The notes beneath the pieces were generated by a model. That model worked only from the letters and a program-made list of their open reading frames with translations, had not been told where the DNA came from and searched no databases. Shown here piece after piece: positions 27,726 through 37,288 of a stretch of 37,288 bases of DNA; the first letter of the stretch is position 1; each line of letters opens with the position of its first letter. Source of the stretch: a virus. The stretch lies in UHGV virus genome UHGV-1407012. The stretch is one strand, 5' to 3'. A program made the translations under genes and the position numbers.

Positions 27726-28418
27726 ATGTTATATGCATTTAAGCTGGGCAGAAAACTGCGCGGCGAGGAACCTTATTGCCCTGAAAAAGGCGGGAAAGGT
27801 GGCAGCTCTGATAAAAGCGCAAAGTATGCAGCAGAAGCTCAGAAGTATGCCGCAGACCTGCAAAATCAGCAGTGGCAGACGATCATGAAAAACCTTGCTC
27901 CGTTCACGCCGCTTGCGGAGCAGTATGTTAACCAGCTTCAGAATCTTTCCAGTTTAGAAGGTCAGGGGCAGGCACTTAATCAGTATTACAACTCTCAGCA
28001 GTATAAAGACCTTGCAGGTCAGGCGCGTTACCAGAGTCTTGCTGCTGCGGAGGCGACGGGGGGACTTGGCTCGACAGCCACAAGCAATCAACTGGCCACG
28101 ATTGCCCCGACTCTCGGTCAGTCGTGGTTGTCGAACCAGATGAGCAACTACAACAATCTGGCAAACGTTGGGCTTGGTGCGCTGCAAGGTCAGGCAAACG
28201 CTGGGCAGACATACGCCAACAACATGAGCAGCATTGCACAGCAAAGCGCATCTCTTGCCGCTGCTAATGCCAACAAACCATCAAGTCTTCAGACAGCAAT
28301 TAGTGGCGGAACGTCCGGTGCGATTGCCGGCGCAGGTCTTGCCAGCCTTTTGGGAACATCAACACCTTGGGGCGCTGGCATTGGTGCTGGTATCGGATTG
28401 CTTGGCTCGTTGTTTTAA
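27726..28418 (+). CDS. Ejection protein (gp7-position homologue)
   Basis: Synteny; Gln/Ala/Ser-rich with Gly-rich hydrophobic C-terminus. Confidence 0.65.
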   Translation: MLYAFKLGRKLRGEEPYCPEKGGKGGSSDKSAKYAAEAQKYAADLQNQQWQTIMKNLAPFTPLAEQYVNQLQNLSSLEGQGQALNQYYNSQQYKDLAGQARYQSLAAAEATGGLGSTATSNQLATIAPTLGQSWLSNQMSNYNNLANVGLGALQGQANAGQTYANNMSSIAQQSASLAAANANKPSSLQTAISGGTSGAIAGAGLASLLGTSTPWGAGIGAGIGLLGSLF

Positions 28419-28427
28419 GGGGTAATC

Positions 28428-29816
28428 ATGGCTACTTGGCAAGGATCAAATGGCGGATTGTTGGCTGGTATCGGTGGCGTCAACTCAAACGCTCCTAGCG
28501 TAAATGACATCGGCAATACGCTTCAGCTCATCAGGCAGAACAATGATATTGAGCGTTCAGGCGCTAACAATGTTGGGCTGACTGCTTTGCAAGGTCTTTC
28601 TGGTATTGCGGGTGTTTTTCAGCAGGAAAAGCAGGCTCAGCGGCAGAAAGAATTTCAGCAGGCATACGCTAATGCCTATTCGTCTGGTGATCGTGGTGCT
28701 TTGCGTCAGTTGGCTACTCAATATCCAGACCAGATTGAATCTGTTCGTAAAGGCATGGGATTCATTGATGAAGACCAGCGCAATTCTATTGGCACCTTAG
28801 CGGCTGGCGCTCGTCTTGCAGCATCGTCTCCAGAAGCAATGCAATCATGGCTGCAAAACAACGCCAAGGAACTGACTCGCGTCGGTGTTGACCCTAATAA
28901 CGTTGCTCAGATGTATCAGCAGAATCCTTCAGGATTTGGTGAGTTTGTTGATCACCTTGGAATGGCTGCTCTTGGTCCAATTGATTACTTCAATGTTCAG
29001 GACAAGATGGCTGGTCGTGAGATTGATCGAGGAAAACTTGCAGAGACAATCCGCAGCAATCAGGCTGGCGAGGCGCTAACAGCACGAGGCCAGAACATCA
29101 CGATGCGCGGTCAGGACTTATCTGCTTCTACTGCGCGACGAGGTCAGGATTTGGCAATGCAGCGAGCGTCAACAAGAGGAATCGCTGGGAATGATGAGCG
29201 TACAGTTCAGTTATCAGATGGCAGAACTGTAACGGTAGGCGGGAAGCTTCATGGCGCTGGGGCTAATGCGTTCTACGAAGGCATCGACAACGAGGGGAAT
29301 ATGGTTCGCGTCCCTGCCAGTTCAATCGCTGCGCCTGCAACATCGTCTGCATCAGCACAAAACTATGCCATGAAGAAGGATATCGACGCGATCGCAAATG
29401 CAGACGCTTCTGCTCTCGATTTCATGACAGGAATGACAGGCGGTGCAGGTAATCCAGCAATTGGTGCTGATGTTCGCAGCCGATTAACGGGAAAAGAGCA
29501 GCGCCAGTTATATAACTCAGCACAACGTATTCAGGGCAGAATGCAGAATCAGGGTGTGGCGGCAGCAAGGGACATGGGTGCCAGTGGTATTAACACCGTT
29601 GCAGAAGCGAAGATGTATTTTCAGGGGATGCCGCAGGTTGACTATTCAAGCCCGGAGGCTATGCAGCAGTCGATTCGTGAAATTCAGGAATACACCAACA
29701 ATTACAACCAACAATATAACGTTAATGTTGGTAAATCTCAGCGTAAGCAATCTCAACCTGCACAGGTATCACAGCCAGCAGCCAGCAGTAACTTTTCTTC
29801 ACTATGGGGTGATTAA
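28428..29816 (+). CDS. Ejection protein (gp20-position homologue)
   Basis: Synteny; 462 aa. Confidence 0.65.
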   Translation: MATWQGSNGGLLAGIGGVNSNAPSVNDIGNTLQLIRQNNDIERSGANNVGLTALQGLSGIAGVFQQEKQAQRQKEFQQAYANAYSSGDRGALRQLATQYPDQIESVRKGMGFIDEDQRNSIGTLAAGARLAASSPEAMQSWLQNNAKELTRVGVDPNNVAQMYQQNPSGFGEFVDHLGMAALGPIDYFNVQDKMAGREIDRGKLAETIRSNQAGEALTARGQNITMRGQDLSASTARRGQDLAMQRASTRGIAGNDERTVQLSDGRTVTVGGKLHGAGANAFYEGIDNEGNMVRVPASSIAAPATSSASAQNYAMKKDIDAIANADASALDFMTGMTGGAGNPAIGADVRSRLTGKEQRQLYNSAQRIQGRMQNQGVAAARDMGASGINTVAEAKMYFQGMPQVDYSSPEAMQQSIREIQEYTNNYNQQYNVNVGKSQRKQSQPAQVSQPAASSNFSSLWGD

Positions 29817-31813
29817 TGGCTAAAGCATGGAAAGATGTTATCGCCTCTCCACAGTATCAGGCGTTAGCACCAGAACAAAAAGCGCAAGCTCAGGAGCAAT
29901 ACTTCAATGAAGTCGTAGCCCCGCAAGCCGGAGAAAATGCAGAGCAGGCTAAGCAAGCTTTCTATGCTGTCTATCCATTGCCATCTGTACAGCCAGTGGA
30001 GACACAGCAACCAGTAGCACAGCAACAACCACAGCAAAGTGGATTTATGTCTGATCTTGGCGAAGCAGTAAAAGAGACTGGTCGCGGACTGGTGCAGGCT
30101 GGCGTGAACGTGGCAAACATACCTGCATCAGTTGCCGATGCTGTAACAAGCGCGGCGGCTTGGGCTGGCGGTAAACTCGGTATTGGCGATGGGACATATC
30201 AACCAGCACCACGAGTAACAACGCAGGGATTAGAGCAGGACTTTGGCCTTCAGCAAGGTGCGCTGACTCCACAAACGACAGAGGGAAGGGTATTTGCTGA
30301 AGCATTGCCTTACCTCACTCCTGCTGGCGTTGAGAGAGCGGCGGCACAGGCACCAACACTTGCTGGTCGAATTGCTCAGGGGGCAACTCGCCTTCTAGCA
30401 GAAAACGCAGTTGGATCACTTGCTGCAAATAGTGCGAAAGATGATGCGGAAGCACTCGCCACCGATTTAGGCGTTGGTGTACTTGCTGGCGGTGCTATTA
30501 ACGCTGCCGGACGTGGATTAGGTGCTGCTTATCGTGGCGTTCGTGGTGCTATCGCGCCAGAAGCTCAGCAGGCTATCAGATTTGCAGAGCGTGAAGGAGT
30601 TCCTCTGCACACCACAGACCTGTTACAACCAACTTCCCGCGTCGGAAAAATGGCGCAGACTACAGCAGAAAATATCCCTCTGGCTGGCACAAGCGGAATG
30701 AGAGCAACGCAACAGGAAGCGAGAAGCCAGTTGGTGCAGAGATTTGCTGATAAATTCGGTGAGTATGATCCAGCGGTTGTTATTGACAGCCTTAAAGCAA
30801 AAACATCAGGAATTCGTCGCGCTGCAGGAAATCGACTGGAGCAGGTTCAGAATGCTATGGCGGGAATAAACATTCAGCCTGCAAGAGCAATTCAGCAGAT
30901 TGATACAGAAATATCTAACCTGCAGAAGCTTGGTAAGGTTGCTGATAACGAGACTATTTCAAAACTTCAGTCCTATCGTGATGAGCTTGTTCGCAATGCT
31001 GGTCCTGATGGTCCGGTAAATCTGGATTTGAAGCAATTAAGCGATCTGCGCAGCCAGTTCAGAATGGACGTGAAGGGTGAGCGACCAGTGTTACCAAACC
31101 GTTCCGATGCTGCCATTCAGCGCGTTTACAAGGCGATGACCGATGATATCAATGGTGCCATTGGTCAGAATCTTGGCAACGATACTCTCCGTAAATATCA
31201 GCAGGCCAATGCCGTCTACGCTGACGAAGCGGCGAAACTAAAGAATACCAGGCTGAAGAATGTTCTCATGAAAGGCGACCTGACGCCGGAAGTTGTCAAC
31301 AACATGCTATTCAGCAAGAACAAATCGGAAATTAAGACGCTGTATAACTCAGTTGGTCGTGTTGGCAGGGCGCAAATGCGCAATGGCATCATTGGAAAGG
31401 CGATGGAGAAATCAGGTGGTTCCCCTGATCAGTTCCTTCGACAGCTTAACATCCTGCAAAACCAGACTGGCATCACATTTAAGGGGCAGGACGCTGCTTA
31501 TCTGAAAGGATTGAAAAACTATCTGCAATCCACGCAGCAGGCTGCAAAATCGGCAGTAACAACACCAACAGGGCAGCAAACCATCCCGTTCATTATCGGG
31601 TATGGGACAGCAATGAACCCGGCGACAACTGGCGCAGCAGTAAGCTACGGACTTCTTACTCGCGCCTATGAGAGCGAGCCATTCAGAAATGCAATGCTCC
31701 GAATGGCAAACACACCACGCGGATCAACAGCGTTTGAGAAAGCCATGCAGCAGGCGCAAAAGGCCATTAACGCCCTGACTCAGGGTGTCAAGTCTGATGC
31801 GTTGTCAGAATAG
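29816..31813 (+). CDS. Ejection protein (gp16-position homologue)
   Basis: Synteny; 665 aa, Ala/Gly-rich. Confidence 0.6.
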   Translation: MAKAWKDVIASPQYQALAPEQKAQAQEQYFNEVVAPQAGENAEQAKQAFYAVYPLPSVQPVETQQPVAQQQPQQSGFMSDLGEAVKETGRGLVQAGVNVANIPASVADAVTSAAAWAGGKLGIGDGTYQPAPRVTTQGLEQDFGLQQGALTPQTTEGRVFAEALPYLTPAGVERAAAQAPTLAGRIAQGATRLLAENAVGSLAANSAKDDAEALATDLGVGVLAGGAINAAGRGLGAAYRGVRGAIAPEAQQAIRFAEREGVPLHTTDLLQPTSRVGKMAQTTAENIPLAGTSGMRATQQEARSQLVQRFADKFGEYDPAVVIDSLKAKTSGIRRAAGNRLEQVQNAMAGINIQPARAIQQIDTEISNLQKLGKVADNETISKLQSYRDELVRNAGPDGPVNLDLKQLSDLRSQFRMDVKGERPVLPNRSDAAIQRVYKAMTDDINGAIGQNLGNDTLRKYQQANAVYADEAAKLKNTRLKNVLMKGDLTPEVVNNMLFSKNKSEIKTLYNSVGRVGRAQMRNGIIGKAMEKSGGSPDQFLRQLNILQNQTGITFKGQDAAYLKGLKNYLQSTQQAAKSAVTTPTGQQTIPFIIGYGTAMNPATTGAAVSYGLLTRAYESEPFRNAMLRMANTPRGSTAFEKAMQQAQKAINALTQGVKSDALSE

Positions 31814-31902
31814 CTTCGCAAACACCAGGAACGTGCAAAAACCAAATATGTAGAACGCAATATTCAGCATATCTCTTTGCATAAATCCTCTGTAACTGAT
31901 GG

Positions 31903-32163
31903 TTAGCTGCTGTCTTTTTTATATAGCTCTTTGAGCGTATCAAAGACAATTTTCTTAACCATATCAGATTGTTGTTCTGCCATACGCTCTGCATCGTCAA
32001 TGTAAACTGATGCAGAGCTTTGTTTAGCCAATGATTCTTCAATCGCTGCAATTATCTCTGAGTTCAGTGACCTGTTATTCATCTTCGCGCTCTGTTTAAT
32101 TTTCGCGTGGAGTTCATGCGGAAGTCTCAAGTGAAACTGCGCCTCGTCGTATTTGCTGTACAT
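31903..32163 (-). CDS. mnt: Mnt-like ribbon-helix-helix repressor
   Basis: C-terminal ...DDAERMAEQQSDMVKKIVFDTLKELYKK resembles P22 Mnt as recalled; ATG 32163 inside track ORF 31903..32196. Confidence 0.7.
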   Translation of the reverse strand: MYSKYDEAQFHLRLPHELHAKIKQSAKMNNRSLNSEIIAAIEESLAKQSSASVYIDDAERMAEQQSDMVKKIVFDTLKELYKKDSS

Positions 32164-32284
32164 CCTTGATGCCTCACCAGTTTGGTGGAATGGCATCGTA
32201 ACCTACTGGATAAATACTCAATAGTACCATTTCGGTATGCAATCACATCATGGTTGCATCATATCATTCGTCTGGAGCAATGAA

Positions 32285-33952
32285 ATGTCAGATATCACCG
32301 CAAATGTTGTGGTAAGCATGCCTTCGCAACTCTTCACTATGGCTCGTTCTTTTAAAGCTGTAGCCAATGGCAAAATTTATATCGGAAAAACTGACACTGA
32401 CCCGGTAAATCCTGAAAACCAGATTCAGGTTTATATGGAGAGCGAAGACGGCTCTCACGTTCCTGTTTCGCAACCAATCATCATTAACGCTGCTGGTTAC
32501 CCTGTATATAATGGACAGATTGCCAAATTCGTTACCGTGCAAGGCCATTCTATGGCTGTTTATGATGCGTACGGTGCGCAGCAGTTTTATTTTCCGAATG
32601 TACTGAAGTACGACCCGGATCAGCTTGAGCAGCGTCTTGCATCATCAATAGGTTCTTCCATGGTTGGCATTACCGATGGAAGGACAGTGCATGATTTTAT
32701 ATCTGTTGATGACTATCAGAGAATTGGTGATATCCGTGGTTACGGGGCGACAAATGAAAACGTAAACCCTGTCAACATTGCCGTTGCCACAGGTGAGGCC
32801 AATGGTCTACTGAAGGTACCTAATGGAGTATGGAGCGGTAATTTTGAGTTAAAAAATAAAACTAGCATAACTGGTGAATCCATAACATCAACAGTTGTTA
32901 ACGTTCCTATAAACACGATCGGAATAAAGCCTGAGGGCTCTGACGTTAGAGGGATTACTATATCAAACATGAATCTCCAAGTTAACGGATCTGTTGCTGG
33001 CGGTCCTCCTGTTGGTAGCGGGGTCGGAATAGACATGTCTTTTTGCGGAAAGGCAGTTAACTGTGAGTTTAACAACCTTTATCTCGATTTCTTTGATATT
33101 GGTTACAACGCTGGATATGCTGATTTTTCAAATATTTATAACAATATGAGGTGCAATAACAACCGAATCGGGATTAACCTATCCAGTAACGGAACAATTA
33201 TTCAAAACGTGTTCAATGGGTGTTATGTTGCAAACTGGACGGCTTATGCCGTGAAAGTTTCTGGCGCTAGCAACCAGATATTCAACGCGCTTAACATGGG
33301 ACATAACGGGTCCGCCAATGCTTATTTCCTGCAGATAGATACGAACTCAAGAGGAATCATATTTAATCAACCTAACTTCGAAATGGACGTTGCAAACGGG
33401 AAAATTACAGCAGGAAGCCAGGCTATCGTGGTCGCCTCTAGTTCTGAGGTTACATTTAACTCCCCGACATTCAACAGGGTTAACGCTGCAGGGGCAAATG
33501 CCTACCTGTTCCGGGTTAGGGGTAACGCTATAGTACGTATAAACGACCCTCAAATCTACAACGACGATGGCACAATAGGTCACCTAATTATCAGTGATGA
33601 AGCTGTTGTTTATCTCAATGATCCAAATCGAATATTCACAGTAATTACTATCCAAGGTAATGGGAGGCTAATACGTGTTGACGAGAAGATATCAAACTCC
33701 CCTAACTATACAAACATTCTTACTTTAAAATCTGGAGACATAATTAACTTTGGATTCTATGCAAGATATGCAATGGCGGTTCCAGATTTTCACTCCAATA
33801 CTATGCCATCACCATTCAAGTACGCAGTGAGCTTTGACACTTACCATAGCAGTGGAACTGCCATTGCTCGAGTGTATGATACAACCACAGGAAATGGAGT
33901 ATCAAACATCAATGTTACATGTTTCGTACAGGCGTGGAGAGAGGATAGATAA
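32285..33952 (+). CDS. Tailspike: P22 gp9-like head-binding N-domain fused to a different beta-helix receptor-binding domain
   Basis: N-terminal ~110 aa ([11 protein letters not shown]...[13 protein letters not shown]...VLKYDPDQ) P22-like; remainder Asn/Gly/Ser/Thr-rich repeats typical of parallel beta-helix; ATG 32285 inside track ORF 32237..33952. Confidence 0.85.
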   Translation: MSDITANVVVSMPSQLFTMARSFKAVANGKIYIGKTDTDPVNPENQIQVYMESEDGSHVPVSQPIIINAAGYPVYNGQIAKFVTVQGHSMAVYDAYGAQQFYFPNVLKYDPDQLEQRLASSIGSSMVGITDGRTVHDFISVDDYQRIGDIRGYGATNENVNPVNIAVATGEANGLLKVPNGVWSGNFELKNKTSITGESITSTVVNVPINTIGIKPEGSDVRGITISNMNLQVNGSVAGGPPVGSGVGIDMSFCGKAVNCEFNNLYLDFFDIGYNAGYADFSNIYNNMRCNNNRIGINLSSNGTIIQNVFNGCYVANWTAYAVKVSGASNQIFNALNMGHNGSANAYFLQIDTNSRGIIFNQPNFEMDVANGKITAGSQAIVVASSSEVTFNSPTFNRVNAAGANAYLFRVRGNAIVRINDPQIYNDDGTIGHLIISDEAVVYLNDPNRIFTVITIQGNGRLIRVDEKISNSPNYTNILTLKSGDIINFGFYARYAMAVPDFHSNTMPSPFKYAVSFDTYHSSGTAIARVYDTTTGNGVSNINVTCFVQAWREDR

Positions 33953-33984
33953 AAATAGGGCGGTTTCCCCGCCCTATTTTTATA
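33953..33984. terminator. Bidirectional rho-independent terminator shared by tailspike (+) and acyltransferase (-)
   Basis: ATAGGGCGG-tttcc-CCGCCCTAT stem flanked by A-run and T-run. Confidence 0.7.
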
Positions 33985-35047
33985 CTGTAACTAAATTGTC
34001 TTCATTTCTATTGGTTTTTCTTTTTAATTTAAGAAAATGTATTTCAAAAAGATAGTATGATGCAATTGATACTATATATGCGATAGCAAACCCACATGCT
34101 ATTATCACAGCATTATTGTTTACTCCAAACAAGGAGGACATTTTGTTTGCAATTGAAAAACACAGCAAATGCCACATATACAAACCATAACTTATCTTTC
34201 CTGTAAATGTTAATGGCTTTAATGATAATGCTTTTGTTATTATTTGTTTTTTCCCTAGCACACTCCACTTGTAAATGAAAAAAATTGCAGATGAAAAAAT
34301 CATCCCAAACGCTGTAAACATATACCAGCATTTCCCAGCCCAATCTACAGGGTTCCAAAAAGCATTAAGACCAACAGAATTTATTCCATTAAGAACCAGC
34401 CCAACACCTGCTATAAAAGTTAAAAATCCTGATTCATATGCGTACTTCTCATCTTTTATCTTTGAAAACAGAGCGCCAAGAACTAACATGTCAATGCAAC
34501 TGATAAGAGTTACATTTACAATGTATGGGTTTCCATCAGTGATTTGAAATATAAAATATCTTGATATACTTGATGTTATTATTAGTATAATAAAAATCAG
34601 ATTCATATTCTTTTTGTTTATGAAAAATATGAATAGAGGCCAAAGCCAGTAAAATTGTTCTTCCACTGCAAGAGACCAGGTGTGCCCCAAAATTCCAGGT
34701 GTTGTAACATTTATTCCTATATAATAGTTTTGTAGATAAGTTATAAACCACAAATAACCATCCGTTGGTTTCCCAGTTGCAATTAGAAGAATAAAGTTAA
34801 CAAGTAGGTAAGCATAAAATAACGGGAATATTCTAAGAGATCTATTTATAAGAAATCGTTTAATATAGTTACTAAAACCAGAGTCTTTATCCTCGATAAG
34901 GATTGAGGTAATTAAGAAACCAGATAAGCAAAAGAACAGCGGAACTCCAGACCAACCAAGAGAAAATCCTGAAACTTTGGCATGAAAAAGCATTACAATG
35001 AGCACCGCAATACCTCTCACACCATCTAAAGATTGTATATGTTTCAT
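33980..35047 (-). CDS. oac: Acyltransferase-3 family integral membrane O-antigen O-acetyltransferase (serotype-conversion type)
   Basis: N-terminal MKHIQSLDGVRGIAVLIVMLFH signature, about 10 TM helices, strongly AT-rich relative to the phage backbone; location between tailspike and int. Confidence 0.85.
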   Translation of the reverse strand: MKHIQSLDGVRGIAVLIVMLFHAKVSGFSLGWSGVPLFFCLSGFLITSILIEDKDSGFSNYIKRFLINRSLRIFPLFYAYLLVNFILLIATGKPTDGYLWFITYLQNYYIGINVTTPGILGHTWSLAVEEQFYWLWPLFIFFINKKNMNLIFIILIITSSISRYFIFQITDGNPYIVNVTLISCIDMLVLGALFSKIKDEKYAYESGFLTFIAGVGLVLNGINSVGLNAFWNPVDWAGKCWYMFTAFGMIFSSAIFFIYKWSVLGKKQIITKALSLKPLTFTGKISYGLYMWHLLCFSIANKMSSLFGVNNNAVIIACGFAIAYIVSIASYYLFEIHFLKLKRKTNRNEDNLVTV

Positions 35048-35237
35048 GCTAAAAATCCATATTCTACGGGAAGCGGGAGTCTATCAGATTTAGTTGATAT
35101 TATCTATATAGACTAACTAGATGTTATCTAGCGATTGACTGTCATTCTATGTATATTTTCACGCCTGTTATCATATAACTTGATCATTTGGTATTTTGAG
35201 AGATTAACTTCTTTTGTTTCCAGTGTGGCTATGCCAA

Positions 35238-36395
35238 TTACTCCACCTTTTCATCAATCCAGTCCGCCCACCACTGCATCATTTCTCTGCGCTTATCGAG
35301 ATACTGAGCATGGTTGTAAATCCCACGCACAGATCCGCCGTTGGCATGTGCCAGTTGCACTTCAATGGCGTCGGCAGGCCATTCGTGCTCGTTCATAATC
35401 GTGCTGAATTCATGCCTGAATCCGTGACCGCTTTCCAGCCCCTCATAGCCGATTTGTTTGATCACAAGCAATACCGCGTTCTCGCAGATTGGCTTCTTCT
35501 TATCGTTGCGTCCGGCAAAAACAAACTCTGATACCGGTTTAGTGATTGAGCTTAGCGTAGTGAGAAGTTCAATAACCTGGTCCGACATAGGAACCACATG
35601 AATCTTGCGTCCCTTCATCACATTGGCGTCGATGGTGATAATCCTGTTTTCAAAATCGACGTTCTTCCATTGCATGGAACGAAGCTCTTTCGTTCTTAGG
35701 GCTGTATAGCGTAAAACCTTGGTCGCAATGAGCGATACGATGCTTCCTGAAAATGTTGCCAGTGCTTTGTTAAATGCCGGGATCTGGTCTGCAGGAAGAA
35801 ACGGGAAGTTTTTCTTGCGGTATCCCTTCATGGCGTCAGCAAGGTCAGGTGCCGGGTTATATTTAGCCCTGCCGGTGACAATAGCGTAACGGAAAACCTC
35901 GCCGCATCTTCTGCGGGCTTTATTTGCTCGCTCCATTGCACCGCGATCTTCAAATCTGCGGATTACTTCCAGCAGTTGCATCGGCTCAATATCCTGAATC
36001 TCAAGACCGCCGATGATGGGTAAAATGTCGTCATCAAACATTTTGGCAAGTTCAGTTGCATAGCCTACTGACCAGACTTGCTTCTTGTGCTCGTACCATT
36101 CCTTGTAAATCGCACTAAAGGAATTGTTGTTAGACGAAGCCTTTTTCGCCTTTACCGGATCGATGCCGACCGAGATGTCTTTCCTCGCAGTCCATGCTTT
36201 ATCCCTTGCCTCTTGCAAAGTCATAAGCGGATATTTTCCGACGGTCAGGATTTTCTCCTTACCGTCAATCTTGTAGCGAAGCTGCCATACCTTTTTCCCG
36301 GATACAGGGACATAAAGGTACAGGCCATTACCATCGAGTAGGCGGTATGGTTTTTCTTTCGGCTTTGCTGCTTCAATCTGCTTAACAGTGAGCAT
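35238..36395 (-). CDS. int: Tyrosine integrase, P4-type with N-terminal arm-binding domain
   Basis: LTVKQIEAAKPKEKPYRLLDGNGLYLYV N-domain; catalytic HGFRH and C-terminal Tyr region; ATG 36395 (track start 36431 is GTG). Confidence 0.85.
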   Translation of the reverse strand: MLTVKQIEAAKPKEKPYRLLDGNGLYLYVPVSGKKVWQLRYKIDGKEKILTVGKYPLMTLQEARDKAWTARKDISVGIDPVKAKKASSNNNSFSAIYKEWYEHKKQVWSVGYATELAKMFDDDILPIIGGLEIQDIEPMQLLEVIRRFEDRGAMERANKARRRCGEVFRYAIVTGRAKYNPAPDLADAMKGYRKKNFPFLPADQIPAFNKALATFSGSIVSLIATKVLRYTALRTKELRSMQWKNVDFENRIITIDANVMKGRKIHVVPMSDQVIELLTTLSSITKPVSEFVFAGRNDKKKPICENAVLLVIKQIGYEGLESGHGFRHEFSTIMNEHEWPADAIEVQLAHANGGSVRGIYNHAQYLDKRREMMQWWADWIDEKVE

Positions 36396-36399
36396 GGGT

Positions 36400-36640
36400 A
36401 AAAATCCGGTGGGTAAAATTATTTTATCCACTTTTTACCCGTCATGGAGTACGGCTGTCAACGATCTGACGCGAACCATTACGAACTGTGAATCTACGGA
36501 AGGCTTGATATTCAGGGGATTTTGCGGACTGGTACGGATGGGAGCGAACTGATAAATGGTGTCCCCTGCAGACATCTACTTGACGCGGCAGGGGATTGAT
36601 TGGAATGATGTTTTTTAGATGTGAGAAATATTTTACCCGC
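36400..36640. repeat. int-xis intergenic region with five copies of TTTTACCC/GGGTAAAA in both orientations (candidate recombinase arm-type or regulatory sites)
   Basis: Copies at about 36406, 36415, 36440, 36620 and 36631, the last two as a tandem TATTTTACCC pair. Confidence 0.3.
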
Positions 36641-36644
36641 TATT

Positions 36645-36845
36645 TTACCCATTGGCGCGGCTTAAAAGCTTATTCTTGAATTCACAATGGTCACGATATA
36701 ACCATCTTGCTCGCCCGTGGATAACTTTGGCTTTAGGCAGGTCTCCGGACTTAATCCGGTCATAGATGAAGGTTTTACCGAAGCCAGTATCGGCCATGAT
36801 GAATTTCAAATCAACCAGTGAATCAGGCTGTAGTTCGTGTTGCAT
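36645..36845 (-). CDS. xis: AlpA-family excisionase/transcriptional regulator
   Basis: 66 aa with HTH ...LVDLKFIMADTGFGKTFIYDRIKSGDLP... and conserved Trp; upstream of int on the same strand. Confidence 0.7.
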   Translation of the reverse strand: MQHELQPDSLVDLKFIMADTGFGKTFIYDRIKSGDLPKAKVIHGRARWLYRDHCEFKNKLLSRANG

Positions 36846-36968
36846 GAGTGCTATCTCCGAATAGGGAATCGAACCTGCAAATCAGGCAATAAAAAACCGC
36901 ATTGATGCGGCGATGGTAGGTCTGGATATCATTGAGCAATGAACAGGCCTCATCGAGTGTGAGGCGGG

Positions 36969-37288
36969 TTAGTCCTTGCGTAGCTCGCTGATTCTTCTGT
37001 AAGTCTCTGGTGCTTTGTTTCCGTGTATCTTCATTTCAGACTTCAACAGAGCAACGAGGGAATCCCATTCGTTGAGGATTCCTTTGAATGCCGGAACGCG
37101 CTTTGCAACCTTGTTGAATGAATCTCTGATTTCTGGAATCTGCTCAACAAGTGCAACGCATCGTCTGAAATCTGCTGCGTCATGTGGAGCGCCGAAGTGA
37201 TGACCATAGATATTCTTTTTCACGTCCCAGGCGCTTGAGGCAAGAGTTGCGCTACTGATGCCGTCATCGCCGGTCGATTGCCATTTCA
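36969..37288 (-). CDS. Hypothetical protein, 5' truncated by window edge (C-terminal about 106 aa present)
   Basis: Frame of track ORF 36969..37223 stays open upstream to the window end; the track start is an internal GTG. Confidence 0.45.
   Translation of the reverse strand, partial: KWQSTGDDGISSATLASSAWDVKKNIYGHHFGAPHDAADFRRCVALVEQIPEIRDSFNKVAKRVPAFKGILNEWDSLVALLKSEMKIHGNKAPETYRRISELRKD

Larger units (their letters stand above)
1..37288. mobile_element. Temperate lambdoid phage genome (P22-like virion module, lambda-like regulation and lysis); window appears to lie entirely within phage DNA
   Basis: Contiguous phage modules in canonical order (cI/cro/cII, O/DnaB, nin, Q, S-R-Rz, terminase, portal, scaffold, coat, ejection proteins, tailspike, oac, int, xis); no host housekeeping genes seen. 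Confidence 0.85.

Overview
The whole 37.3 kb window reads as one temperate lambdoid phage genome with a P22-type virion module; no host genes, rRNA, tRNA or CRISPR arrays were found. Calls rest on reading the six-frame ORFs, start-codon/RBS inspection and motifs recalled from lambda, P22 and Sf6 proteins; nothing was searched against a database. Layout: (1) 1-6200, minus strand, early-left operon from a pL-like promoter (~6440): small unknown genes, a membrane-protein gene bracketed by terminators, a 322-aa coiled-coil protein, cIII-like and Kil-like genes, a Rad52-like annealing protein, SSB and an HNH nuclease. (2) 6600-7700 immunity region: cI-type repressor (-), Cro-like (+), with repeated ATAGCT operator half-sites on both sides of cI. 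(3) 7800-14400 (+): cII, O-like initiator with internal 11-bp iterons, DnaB-type helicase, nin region (NinB interrupted by an HNH homing endonuclease, NinD, NinF-like, RusA, NinH) and lambda-type Q. (4) 14440-16340: lambda-type pR'/6S RNA/tR', then S, R, Rz/Rz1. (5) 16680-31800: Rha, TerS, TerL, portal, scaffold, coat and P22-order gp4/gp10/gp26/gp14/gp7/gp20/gp16 homologues. (6) 31900-37288: Mnt-like repressor, tailspike with P22-like head-binding N-terminus and a different receptor-binding domain, AT-rich O-antigen acetyltransferase, P4-type integrase, AlpA-type excisionase. Most notable: the portal ORF is broken by three in-frame TAA codons within 15 nt exactly where the C-terminal barrel segment begins, and that segment continues downstream in the same frame. 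Also worth follow-up: the HNH insertion in ninB, an acidic gene inserted between coat and gp4, and the terminator-flanked membrane-protein gene in the early-left operon.
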